Shown piece after piece: positions 36,121 to 43,882 of a stretch of DNA of 51,441 nt (the stretch's first letter is position 1; the number at the start of each line of letters is the position of its first letter). Under the pieces are notes generated by a model. The model was given only the letters and a program-made list of their open reading frames with translations. It was not told the origin of the DNA and did no database searches. The stretch covers positions 64,812 through 116,252 of the forward strand of contig CP070712.1 in assembly GCA_020350365.1 (NCBI GenBank), read 5' to 3'. Made by a program: the position numbers and the translations under genes. The stretch is from Thermoplasmatales archaeon. Lineage in GTDB: Archaea; Thermoplasmatota; E2; DHVEG-1.

Positions 36121-36141
36121 ATAGTGCCCTTTTTCTTTTTT
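36112..36141 (+). terminator. Short hairpin spanning the stop codon of 34852..36120, followed by a T-tract
   Basis: GGGCA (36112-36116), loop ATAAATAG (contains TAA at 36118-36120), TGCCC (36125-36129), then TTTTTCTTTTTT (36130-36141). Confidence 0.5.
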
Positions 36142-36144
36142 AGA

Positions 36145-36298
36145 AAATACTTATTTGTATATATACTTATATATATTGTTGTTAAGATTACTAATTGAAC
36201 ATATAAAATATTTTTACAATATATCTTTTATTTTGTTCAAATATTTTATAACAAATCTTTAATTTTAAAATGTTTTTAAAAATAAGGGAGGAATAAAT
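36145..36298 (+). promoter_or_regulatory. Conserved ~155-bp upstream region (copy B) of C25-like gene 36299..37672
   Basis: Homologous to 29533-29689. Inverted-repeat arms TTGAACA (36195-36201) and TGTTCAA (36234-36240). GGGAGG RBS. Confidence 0.4.
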
Positions 36299-37672
36299 AT
36301 GAAAAAAATATTTATAATATTTTTAATAGAGCTACTAGTACTAAGTAGTTATGGGGCTTGTGCAATATCTGAAAATGAAAACAAAACAATATCGCCATCA
36401 TTAATTTATGAGAATTATGATATGGTGATTATTACTCCTCGAAAGTTTTCATCTGCAATTCAACCATTGATTGATCATAAAAATAGCTATGGCATTCAAA
36501 CAACTTTGAAGACAACGGAAGAAATATATTCAGAATATCATGGCCGAGACAAAGCAGAACAAATTAAGTATTTTATTAAAGATGCTTTAGAAGAATGGAA
36601 TATTACCTATGTACTTCTTTTAGGTGGTCGTAAAGGCCAATTTCCTAAATTTTACATTCCTGGAAGATATGTGATTTTGGACGATGGTTATACAGACCTT
36701 CCGTATCTAAGTGATACATATTATGCTGATATTTACAAGCAGGATGGTGAATTTGATGACTGGGACAGCAATGGTGATGGAATTTTTGCAGAATGGGGAA
36801 ACGATACATTGGATTTGGAACCAGACGTCTATGTGGGAAGATTACCTTGTAGATATACATTTGAAGTAAAAATTGTTGTAGATAAGATTATTGAATATGA
36901 AACTACAGCATATGGTGAAGAATGGTTCAATAAAATGATAGTTCTAGGTGGTGACACAAATCCTGGTATTGGCGATCCGTTTCCAAATGAAGGGGAGGCT
37001 GCATGTGAATACATTTCTGATATGATGGTTGGTTTTGATATTACAAAACTATATTGTTCTGATGGAACACTTACCGGTCATAAGGAATTACTATCAGAAT
37101 TCAACAAAGGATGCGGATTTATTTTGTATGAGGGACACGGTCTTCAGAACAGAATAGAGACATTCAATCCAGATGCAGAACCTGTCGAACCATTTCACAA
37201 CAAGTATGTTCCCCTACTTAGAAATAAGGGGAAGTATCCAATAAGTGTTTTTGGATGCTGTGTAACAGCAAAATTTGATGTGACAATCTTAAATATTTTC
37301 AATCCAAATCGATTCGGAAAATCTGATTGTACTCCTGAGGAGATTGGTTGGAGACTTGTTAGAAAACCAAAAGGTGGAAGTATAGCCCATATTGGTGCAA
37401 CATCTGTTGTTTGGGGATATGCAGGAGATCTAAACGAAAATGGAATACCTGATTCTGTTGAATTTGGACTTCTTGAATGGATAAACATGGAATTTTTCAG
37501 ATTATATATAGAAGAAGGCTATGAGCATATTGGAGAAATGCATTGGGAGACAATGCGAAATTACTGTAATTCTTTTAATGTTCATACAAACAAACTTGAC
37601 TGCAAGCATGTTCAACAGATAACACTAATTGGTGATCCTAGTCTAAAGGTTGGTGGATATTCTAGTATTTAA
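36299..37672 (+). CDS. Secreted peptidase C25-like (short form: no N-terminal pro/Ig region, no PKD-like module, no tail)
   Basis: TYVLLLGGRKGQFP, LSDTYYADIY...DVYVGRLPC, LYEGHGLQN (His-Gly), SVFGCCVTAKFD (Cys), LIGDPSLKV, then stop after 9 more residues. Confidence 0.75.
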   Translation: MKKIFIIFLIELLVLSSYGACAISENENKTISPSLIYENYDMVIITPRKFSSAIQPLIDHKNSYGIQTTLKTTEEIYSEYHGRDKAEQIKYFIKDALEEWNITYVLLLGGRKGQFPKFYIPGRYVILDDGYTDLPYLSDTYYADIYKQDGEFDDWDSNGDGIFAEWGNDTLDLEPDVYVGRLPCRYTFEVKIVVDKIIEYETTAYGEEWFNKMIVLGGDTNPGIGDPFPNEGEAACEYISDMMVGFDITKLYCSDGTLTGHKELLSEFNKGCGFILYEGHGLQNRIETFNPDAEPVEPFHNKYVPLLRNKGKYPISVFGCCVTAKFDVTILNIFNPNRFGKSDCTPEEIGWRLVRKPKGGSIAHIGATSVVWGYAGDLNENGIPDSVEFGLLEWINMEFFRLYIEEGYEHIGEMHWETMRNYCNSFNVHTNKLDCKHVQQITLIGDPSLKVGGYSSI

Positions 37673-37796
37673 ATTAAAGAAAAAAAGCTAAATTGGACAT
37701 AATCACTATATAAATTGTAAATAATTTTCTTTTGTTCAATTTATTAATAACATATCTTTAATATTGTAACCTAATATTGATAATTGGAGGAATAAT

Positions 37797-38420
37797 GTGA
37801 AAAAGATATTTGTTTTTTGCTTATGTATGATGCTGACAATAACAATCACACCTCTTGTCGCATGTGGAGAAGTTATAAATGAACTTGAAAAAAATGATTT
37901 TAAATTTGATGTAAGACCCATGTTTCTTTTTGCACGTTTTAATCCATTTTGGCAGATACCTCTAAAACATCTGGATATTGTATCATTTTCAATATTTGAG
38001 GATTCTGAAGAACCAGATTTTTTACAAGCAAGTATTACACTTCGAGGTTTTGAATATTCTAATCTTCGTACATGTTATGTAATATATTTCACATTTGACT
38101 GTATTAGATATTATATAGGGATTAACACTCATACAGATGGAGAATATATTAGCTCAATTGCTGGGTATTTTGATGAAAATAACAATTGTCATGACACTAC
38201 AGTAGATTGCGAGATAAATGAAGAAGAAAATATTATGACATGGAATGTTCCAAAAGATGTTATCGGTAATCCAGAATCTGGAGACCAATTGGAAGATGTA
38301 CATGCAAGTTCTTTCTTAATATTACAGAGAGATTGTAATGCAAAGTTTCCAATACATCTTGCAAAGGATATTGCAGGACCAATATTTAGAGTAGGGTATT
38401 CATACGAAGTACAATATTAA
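37797..38420 (+). CDS. Secreted hypothetical protein (207 aa, GTG start)
   Basis: GGAGG RBS 6 nt upstream of the GTG. Signal peptide MKKIFVFCLCMMLTITITPLVAC. No motif recognised. Confidence 0.55.
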   Translation: MKKIFVFCLCMMLTITITPLVACGEVINELEKNDFKFDVRPMFLFARFNPFWQIPLKHLDIVSFSIFEDSEEPDFLQASITLRGFEYSNLRTCYVIYFTFDCIRYYIGINTHTDGEYISSIAGYFDENNNCHDTTVDCEINEEENIMTWNVPKDVIGNPESGDQLEDVHASSFLILQRDCNAKFPIHLAKDIAGPIFRVGYSYEVQY

Positions 38421-38584
38421 AAGGGAAAAATTTCTCTTTTCTTTTTTTTAAAATGACAATATATTTTGTAGCTTATCTTTCCAATTGAAATTTGATATAT
38501 ATTTTTATATATCTTTTATTAAGAAGTAGTATTTATATATACATCTAAACATAATAATTTTGTTATTGACGGGGGAAAATAATT

Positions 38585-39583
38585 ATGAAAAACAAATTTA
38601 ATGACAAAATAAGGCTGATGTTAACAATAAGTATTTTTGTTTTATTTATAGCAATAGGATTTACAGGTGTAATAGGACAATCTTTATCAAATGTGAATAG
38701 TGTAGAAGAAAAGCAAATAGAATATACTCAAACAAAGTCATCTCAGCCACTAGCATTATTTGATTTTTTCTATAAGATATTTAACAATGATTGGAACTAT
38801 TGGTCAAATTCTCCAAATATGTATTCTATTGCTTCAGGAAATGTTGGAATCGGAATAACAAATCCTGTTGAAAAACTAGATGTTGCAGGTACAATTAAGA
38901 TGACGGGATTTAATATGCCAACGGGAGCAAATAATGGATACGTTCTAACATCAGATGGTACTGGAAGAGGTTCATGGCAGTATATAAGTGCCTCTGATGG
39001 TCATTCACTTGATGCAGTAGACGGTGATCCACAAAATGTGGTATTTGTAAATGAAGACGGAACTGTTACAATCAATACCTTAGGAACATTTTTTGGTAAT
39101 TTAGGAGAAGGAAATAAAAAAACTGCAAATGTAAATATTGAAACAGAAGGAATAATGAGTACAACAGTTGGATCAGATTCAACCACATCTGTAACAAATA
39201 ACATGAATGTGGCTGTTGGAAATAATTTAGATGTTTCGGTTGGAGGAGCTGCTAATATTCAAGTAGGTTCTAACTTAGATGTTGGAGCTGATGGAGACAC
39301 TACCATTACATCTGGAAAATCCCTAACGATTACATCTGGTATAAGTACAACTATTGTTGGACCTGTTACGATAGATGGCAAATTAACTGTTACGGGCGGA
39401 ATAGATCCACCATATATGTCATTTAGCAAGGAAAGCCGAGAAAGTATAAGAGAATATGCAGAAGATGTAGATGAACATGAAGAGGTCATGCAATTCTGGA
39501 ATGGTGACTTTCATAGAATGGAAGTATATGTAATAAGTGAAGATACATTTTATACAATTACTGGTGAAATGATAGAGGAATAG
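38585..39583 (+). CDS. Membrane-anchored or secreted protein with a tail-fibre-like N-terminal motif and a G/T/S/N-rich beta-solenoid-like repeat region
   Basis: SGNVGIGITNPVEKLDVAGTIKMTG resembles motifs seen in tail-fibre-type proteins. It is followed by VGSDSTTSVTNNMNVAVGNNLDVSVGGAANIQVGSNLDVGADGDTTITSGKSLTITSG. Confidence 0.55.
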   Translation: MKNKFNDKIRLMLTISIFVLFIAIGFTGVIGQSLSNVNSVEEKQIEYTQTKSSQPLALFDFFYKIFNNDWNYWSNSPNMYSIASGNVGIGITNPVEKLDVAGTIKMTGFNMPTGANNGYVLTSDGTGRGSWQYISASDGHSLDAVDGDPQNVVFVNEDGTVTINTLGTFFGNLGEGNKKTANVNIETEGIMSTTVGSDSTTSVTNNMNVAVGNNLDVSVGGAANIQVGSNLDVGADGDTTITSGKSLTITSGISTTIVGPVTIDGKLTVTGGIDPPYMSFSKESRESIREYAEDVDEHEEVMQFWNGDFHRMEVYVISEDTFYTITGEMIEE

Positions 39584-39606
39584 TTAAGAAATAGCGATGC
39601 AATAGT

Positions 39607-40653
39607 TCATTTTAGCAGATCATAATTTAGTTTACTATCTGTTATAAGCTCGATTTTTTCACTGTCTTCATAAACTAGTTTTAAACTTGTCCCCTCAATA
39701 GGGCATCCCTTTGCATAAACTATATCTAGATGAGTATCACTTGCAACTTTTCCTTTAAAATGAATACTAGTTCCATATGCAATATGTAATCCAACTTTTT
39801 CATCTTCAAGAACATTTCCAGTTATAATTGCCTTTGGGTTACAGCCAATACCCAATTCAGCAACATTTTTTCTAGATTCGTTTTCTGAGTAAAATCTTCT
39901 AACCTCATCTGCTATTGGCCCCTCTCCGTCAATACTAGTTATCTTATTATTCTTAACAATGTACTTTAAAATTTCACCTTTATAACTAACTGGCCATATG
40001 CCCTCTGTTTTACTAGCTCCATATTCTTTTATTTCATCATTGAATGCTTCATAAGGAGCAATAAAACCTTCACCGCTAGGAAAATTTATGTATTGCCCGG
40101 TCTTTGTACAGTCTCCCTCATCGGAAAAACCAATACGATTTCTTAAATCAATAAATAGAAAGTCACCAGTAGAAAAATTGATTTCTGCACCAATTGCCTT
40201 CGTAAGCATCTTTTTAATCGCAATTGCATATTTTTTTACTTCGGAGTAATCTGCCTTAAAAACACCATCGTCCATTCTTTTTTCAGGATGTAATCCTGCT
40301 GCTCTAGTTATACTATTTTTTGCCCTAACAATTTGAATCATCGTTGATGAGATTGAATATTCCATCATAGTAATCACTAGATTATATTTACTTAATTTAT
40401 CTGATATTTCTTGTGGAAGTTGAGTATTATCAAGTCCGGGAGATTTATAACTAAAAATATCGACAGTAAAACCTTCAGAATCTCCCATTTTTTTCAGAGT
40501 ATTATACCAATCATGAGCAATTTCCCTAGCTTCCTTCCATTGATCATTGTCTTTTACATTTCCATGTGGTGTATCATAAGTAACTAATACTTTTTCTCCA
40601 GATTTTGGTGCAAATACGTCCTTGATCATTTTTATTCTTTCTTCTAACAACAT
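39607..40653 (-). CDS. M29-family (AmpS/PepS, aminopeptidase T-like) metalloaminopeptidase, cytoplasmic
   Basis: NFPSGEGFIAPYE, ELGIGCNPKA, EDEKVGLHIAYG and SDTHLDIV resemble the M29 metal-ligand blocks. No signal peptide. Confidence 0.55.
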   Translation of the reverse strand: MLLEERIKMIKDVFAPKSGEKVLVTYDTPHGNVKDNDQWKEAREIAHDWYNTLKKMGDSEGFTVDIFSYKSPGLDNTQLPQEISDKLSKYNLVITMMEYSISSTMIQIVRAKNSITRAAGLHPEKRMDDGVFKADYSEVKKYAIAIKKMLTKAIGAEINFSTGDFLFIDLRNRIGFSDEGDCTKTGQYINFPSGEGFIAPYEAFNDEIKEYGASKTEGIWPVSYKGEILKYIVKNNKITSIDGEGPIADEVRRFYSENESRKNVAELGIGCNPKAIITGNVLEDEKVGLHIAYGTSIHFKGKVASDTHLDIVYAKGCPIEGTSLKLVYEDSEKIELITDSKLNYDLLK

Positions 40654-40832
40654 ATTTATACCGTTAAAATTTAGATATGCTAATTTACTTTTATAATAAA
40701 TAACTTTTGAAGTATAAACAAAAATTTCAGATATGATTTAATAAATAAAATATGTAAAAATCAAAATTGCACAACTATAAATATTAATTAAAAAACAAAG
40801 GGTAATTTAATTAATATAATAGAAAATAGGAT

Positions 40833-41063
40833 TTATTCAGATATCTCACAAATACCGGAAATAATATTTAGAATACTTTCTTCCTCTCTTTTGATTTTAT
40901 TTATATTTTTAAGTAATTTTTTTTGTAAGTTTAAATCTCCTTTTTTAACTGCCACTTTATAGATATCCTCAGCTCTCTTTAATGTGCTTTCGAACTCTTC
41001 AAGGATTTTATTCATTCTTTTTACAGCATCGTTTTTTTCTTCAGATGTTATTTTGATATCCAA
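40833..41063 (-). CDS. Small helical hypothetical protein (76 aa, TTG start)
   Basis: K/E-rich predicted helices. GGGTGA RBS overlapping the stop of the upstream mini-ORF. Confidence 0.3.
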   Translation of the reverse strand: MDIKITSEEKNDAVKRMNKILEEFESTLKRAEDIYKVAVKKGDLNLQKKLLKNINKIKREEESILNIISGICEISE

Positions 41064-41074
41064 ATACTTTCACC

Positions 41075-41218
41075 CTAAATTTGATATTTCTTATGTTTTT
41101 CAAAATATTTATCTAATTTTTCTTTTACGCGAACATACTCCTTGTCCGAATATTTTTTATTATAATCTTTTGTGATTTCATCTATATGCTTGCAGATTTC
41201 AATAAATGTTTTATTCAT
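41075..41218 (-). CDS. Small helical hypothetical ORF (47 aa)
   Basis: MNKTFIEICKHIDEITKDYNKKYSDKEYVRVKEKLDKYFEKHKKYQI*. Below the ORF-track cutoff. Tightly coupled to 40833..41063. Confidence 0.2.
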   Translation of the reverse strand: MNKTFIEICKHIDEITKDYNKKYSDKEYVRVKEKLDKYFEKHKKYQI

Positions 41219-41322
41219 TTCATTCTCACCTATCCCTTCCATTTATTTACAATTGGATTCTCGCTCCAATGATATAAAAAACTATCCTGTAAAAATGTCA
41301 AAATGAAAAAAAGAAATTTATT

Positions 41323-43767
41323 TTATCCAAATCTTAAAATGTATCTTAGTATCGGAAATATATTTGATAATCTTTCAAACAATAATAAAAATAAATTATT
41401 GAATGTCAGTCTTGTTTCCAAAGTGTTTGATGATCTAGATTTAGGCCATTGGTTTATCAATGGATAATTGTCCTTGTTTTGCCCACCATCAATCTCATAA
41501 GGGGTGTCCCAAATACCTTTAAATGGTAGTTTTTTCGCATCAGGATACTTAGCAGTATAATCAGACCAATAGTTCCCATACTTTCCATCATCCCAGCTAT
41601 TATTTAAATCATCAAATGCGTTTTGTGAGTTGTTTATAAAGTTATTATGAAATATTGAGTTATAATATGCTTGATTTACAAGTTCTATACCAAGGGAATT
41701 ATCAAATATATTATTGTCGATGATTTTATTATACTTGCATAAATGTCTATCCTCACCAGAGAGTTTAATACCACAGCTATTGAGGCTTACATTGTTACCA
41801 ATTAATGTGTTTTCACTGCTATCTTTAAGAATCACTATACCGTTATCATCGTTTCCTGATATATTATTACTAGAGATATTGTTATTTTTGCAACTTGAAA
41901 AGAAGATACCATCTACATTTTTTAAAATATGATTGTCCATAATTGAGTTGTTATCAGACGAATAAGAAAGTATGCCATTAATACCTTTTGAAATAAAGTT
42001 ATTTTTTATTTTGTTTCTTTCTGAATTAATAAATGTTATGCTTCTTATATTTTCCAAAAGAATGTTTTCAATTATGTTGTTGTTATAGGCTTTTTCTAGA
42101 TAAATGCCATCTCTATTATTCATAATTGAATTTCTTAAGATTTGGCTGTTATTGGTGCCAAACATCCATACTCCAATTGCCGTATTTGATAGATCTTGAT
42201 TTTGAATGTTTATATTATCGCAATTTATAAGAAAAATCTGTCCTGCAGTATCTATTGTGACATCAGATTCATCCTTAAGAAATATTAAAGGTTTTCCATT
42301 AACTTCGTTATTTTGGACGTTATTTTCAATTGATTCAGATGTGATATAAAGACCATCATTAAAGAAAGAATTATTTGAAATTATGTTATTTTCAGAGTTA
42401 TAGATGTATAATCCATCAATATTTTCTGAGAGTATATTGTTTGAAATAGAGTTATTTTTACTTAATAAATAGATTTGTATGCCATTTTCATAATTTGAAG
42501 AAATGTAATTACTATCAATAGTATTATTATTACAGTGATATCCTAAACCTAATCCTTTGTTATTGTTTGAAATGTTGTTATAATATATTTCATTGAAACT
42601 AGAGTAATGTAGTCTTATACCATCGTCGTTCTTAGATATGAAATTATTTGATATATAATTAAAATAACAATCGAAAAATGAGATACCCTCGCTATTATTA
42701 TAATTAGAAGAAATGATATTTTCAGAGATAACATTTCTATTTGAATCTACTAAATCTACACCTTCATATCTGTTATTCAATATTTTATTTCCTTTAATTG
42801 TATTGAAATTTGAATTGTAGAGCTCTATTCCTTCATAATTGTTTGAAATATTATTTGCAATTATAGTGTTAGTGTCTGAGTACTCAAGGCCAATACAGGT
42901 AAATCTGCACAAGGAAAGATCATTATTTAAGATGGTATTATTATTGGAGTGAAAAACTACTATATTAAAAAACTTGTTATTGGAAAATTCACTTCCTATT
43001 ATCTTGCTATTATTTGTATTAAAAAGCTCTATTCCAACATCTATGTCAGATAAATTTAGGTTCTCAATTGTAATATCATCGCAGCTTGATAGAATAACTT
43101 GACCTGCATCTAAAATTACCTTTTCAGACTCACCTTCTAGATAAACAAGAGGTTTATCATTAACTGTATTATTCTCTACAATATTATTATATGATTGATA
43201 AACAAATAGCCCGTTATTATAAAAAGTGTTTCCTGATAATTTATTATAGTTACTATTATTATATAAAAATACACCGAGACGGCTTTTAGAAATGACATTA
43301 TTAAGAATATAGTTATAACTGGAAGATTCAAAAACTATACCATATCCATTATTTATGATATTGTTTTCAATAATTATGTTGTAGTTTGATAATATATTTA
43401 TTCCTGCAGTAGTATTGGAATCATCGCAATACTCGATTGAAAATCCACTGATATTTACCCAATCAGCATTAACCAATATTCCCGTACCATTTCTACTACC
43501 ATTAATAATTGTAGTATATTTATTTTCTCCTATCAGACTTATAGATTTATTAATTACGATATTTTCATGATATACTCCACTAGGAATATATATTGCGTCT
43601 CCATCAGAGGCATTGTCTATTAAATCTTGGATATATCCACGAGATTTTGAAAGATTAAGATTTACCTTTTCTATTTTTAAGCCTATAGTTTGAGGAATCA
43701 CAGCAGTTAAAGTAAATAATAAAAATATTACAAGAGCAAGCCCCTTTATAATTAATTTATTTTTCAT
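41323..43767 (-). CDS. Secreted right-handed parallel beta-helix (NosD-like) repeat protein with cassette tail but no PKD-like module
   Basis: IQDLIDNASDGDAIYIPSGVYHENIVINKSISLIGE, then about 25 N/I/S-rich beta-helix repeats. The C-terminus is ..NYPLINQWPKSRSSNTLETRLTFNNLFLLLFERLSNIFPILRYILRFG*. Paralogue of 18810..21113. Confidence 0.85.
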   Translation of the reverse strand: MKNKLIIKGLALVIFLLFTLTAVIPQTIGLKIEKVNLNLSKSRGYIQDLIDNASDGDAIYIPSGVYHENIVINKSISLIGENKYTTIINGSRNGTGILVNADWVNISGFSIEYCDDSNTTAGINILSNYNIIIENNIINNGYGIVFESSSYNYILNNVISKSRLGVFLYNNSNYNKLSGNTFYNNGLFVYQSYNNIVENNTVNDKPLVYLEGESEKVILDAGQVILSSCDDITIENLNLSDIDVGIELFNTNNSKIIGSEFSNNKFFNIVVFHSNNNTILNNDLSLCRFTCIGLEYSDTNTIIANNISNNYEGIELYNSNFNTIKGNKILNNRYEGVDLVDSNRNVISENIISSNYNNSEGISFFDCYFNYISNNFISKNDDGIRLHYSSFNEIYYNNISNNNKGLGLGYHCNNNTIDSNYISSNYENGIQIYLLSKNNSISNNILSENIDGLYIYNSENNIISNNSFFNDGLYITSESIENNVQNNEVNGKPLIFLKDESDVTIDTAGQIFLINCDNINIQNQDLSNTAIGVWMFGTNNSQILRNSIMNNRDGIYLEKAYNNNIIENILLENIRSITFINSERNKIKNNFISKGINGILSYSSDNNSIMDNHILKNVDGIFFSSCKNNNISSNNISGNDDNGIVILKDSSENTLIGNNVSLNSCGIKLSGEDRHLCKYNKIIDNNIFDNSLGIELVNQAYYNSIFHNNFINNSQNAFDDLNNSWDDGKYGNYWSDYTAKYPDAKKLPFKGIWDTPYEIDGGQNKDNYPLINQWPKSRSSNTLETRLTFNNLFLLLFERLSNIFPILRYILRFG

Positions 43768-43841
43768 GCTGGTTTCCTCCCTCAGAAATATAGGTTTACC
43801 ATTATTATAATAATATGTGTTGATTTAAATATTTCGAATTC

Positions 43842-43882
43842 AAAAAAATAAAAAAAAGAGAGATTGGATTATTAAAATCCAA
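43842..43882 (-). terminator. Hairpin spanning the stop codon of 43872..45866 plus an oligo-U tract (minus strand)
   Basis: Minus-strand RNA: UUGGAUU-UUAAU-AAUCCAA (43882-43864), then UCUCUCUUUUUUUUAUUUUUUU. A similar TCTCTCTTTTT.TTTTATTTTTT block follows 46026..47561. Confidence 0.45.

Noticed and set aside
37797-39583. Possible prophage remnant suggested by the tail-fibre-like motif in 38585..39583
   Set aside because: No integrase, capsid, portal, terminase or att-like repeats lie nearby. The neighbours are ordinary secreted or cytoplasmic proteins.
41323-43767. Apparent DNA-level tandem repeat or satellite within the beta-helix genes (also 18810..21113)
   Set aside because: The periodicity is at protein level (~22-aa N/I/S-rich beta-helix coils) with low nucleotide identity between units. 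It is not a DNA repeat array or CRISPR.
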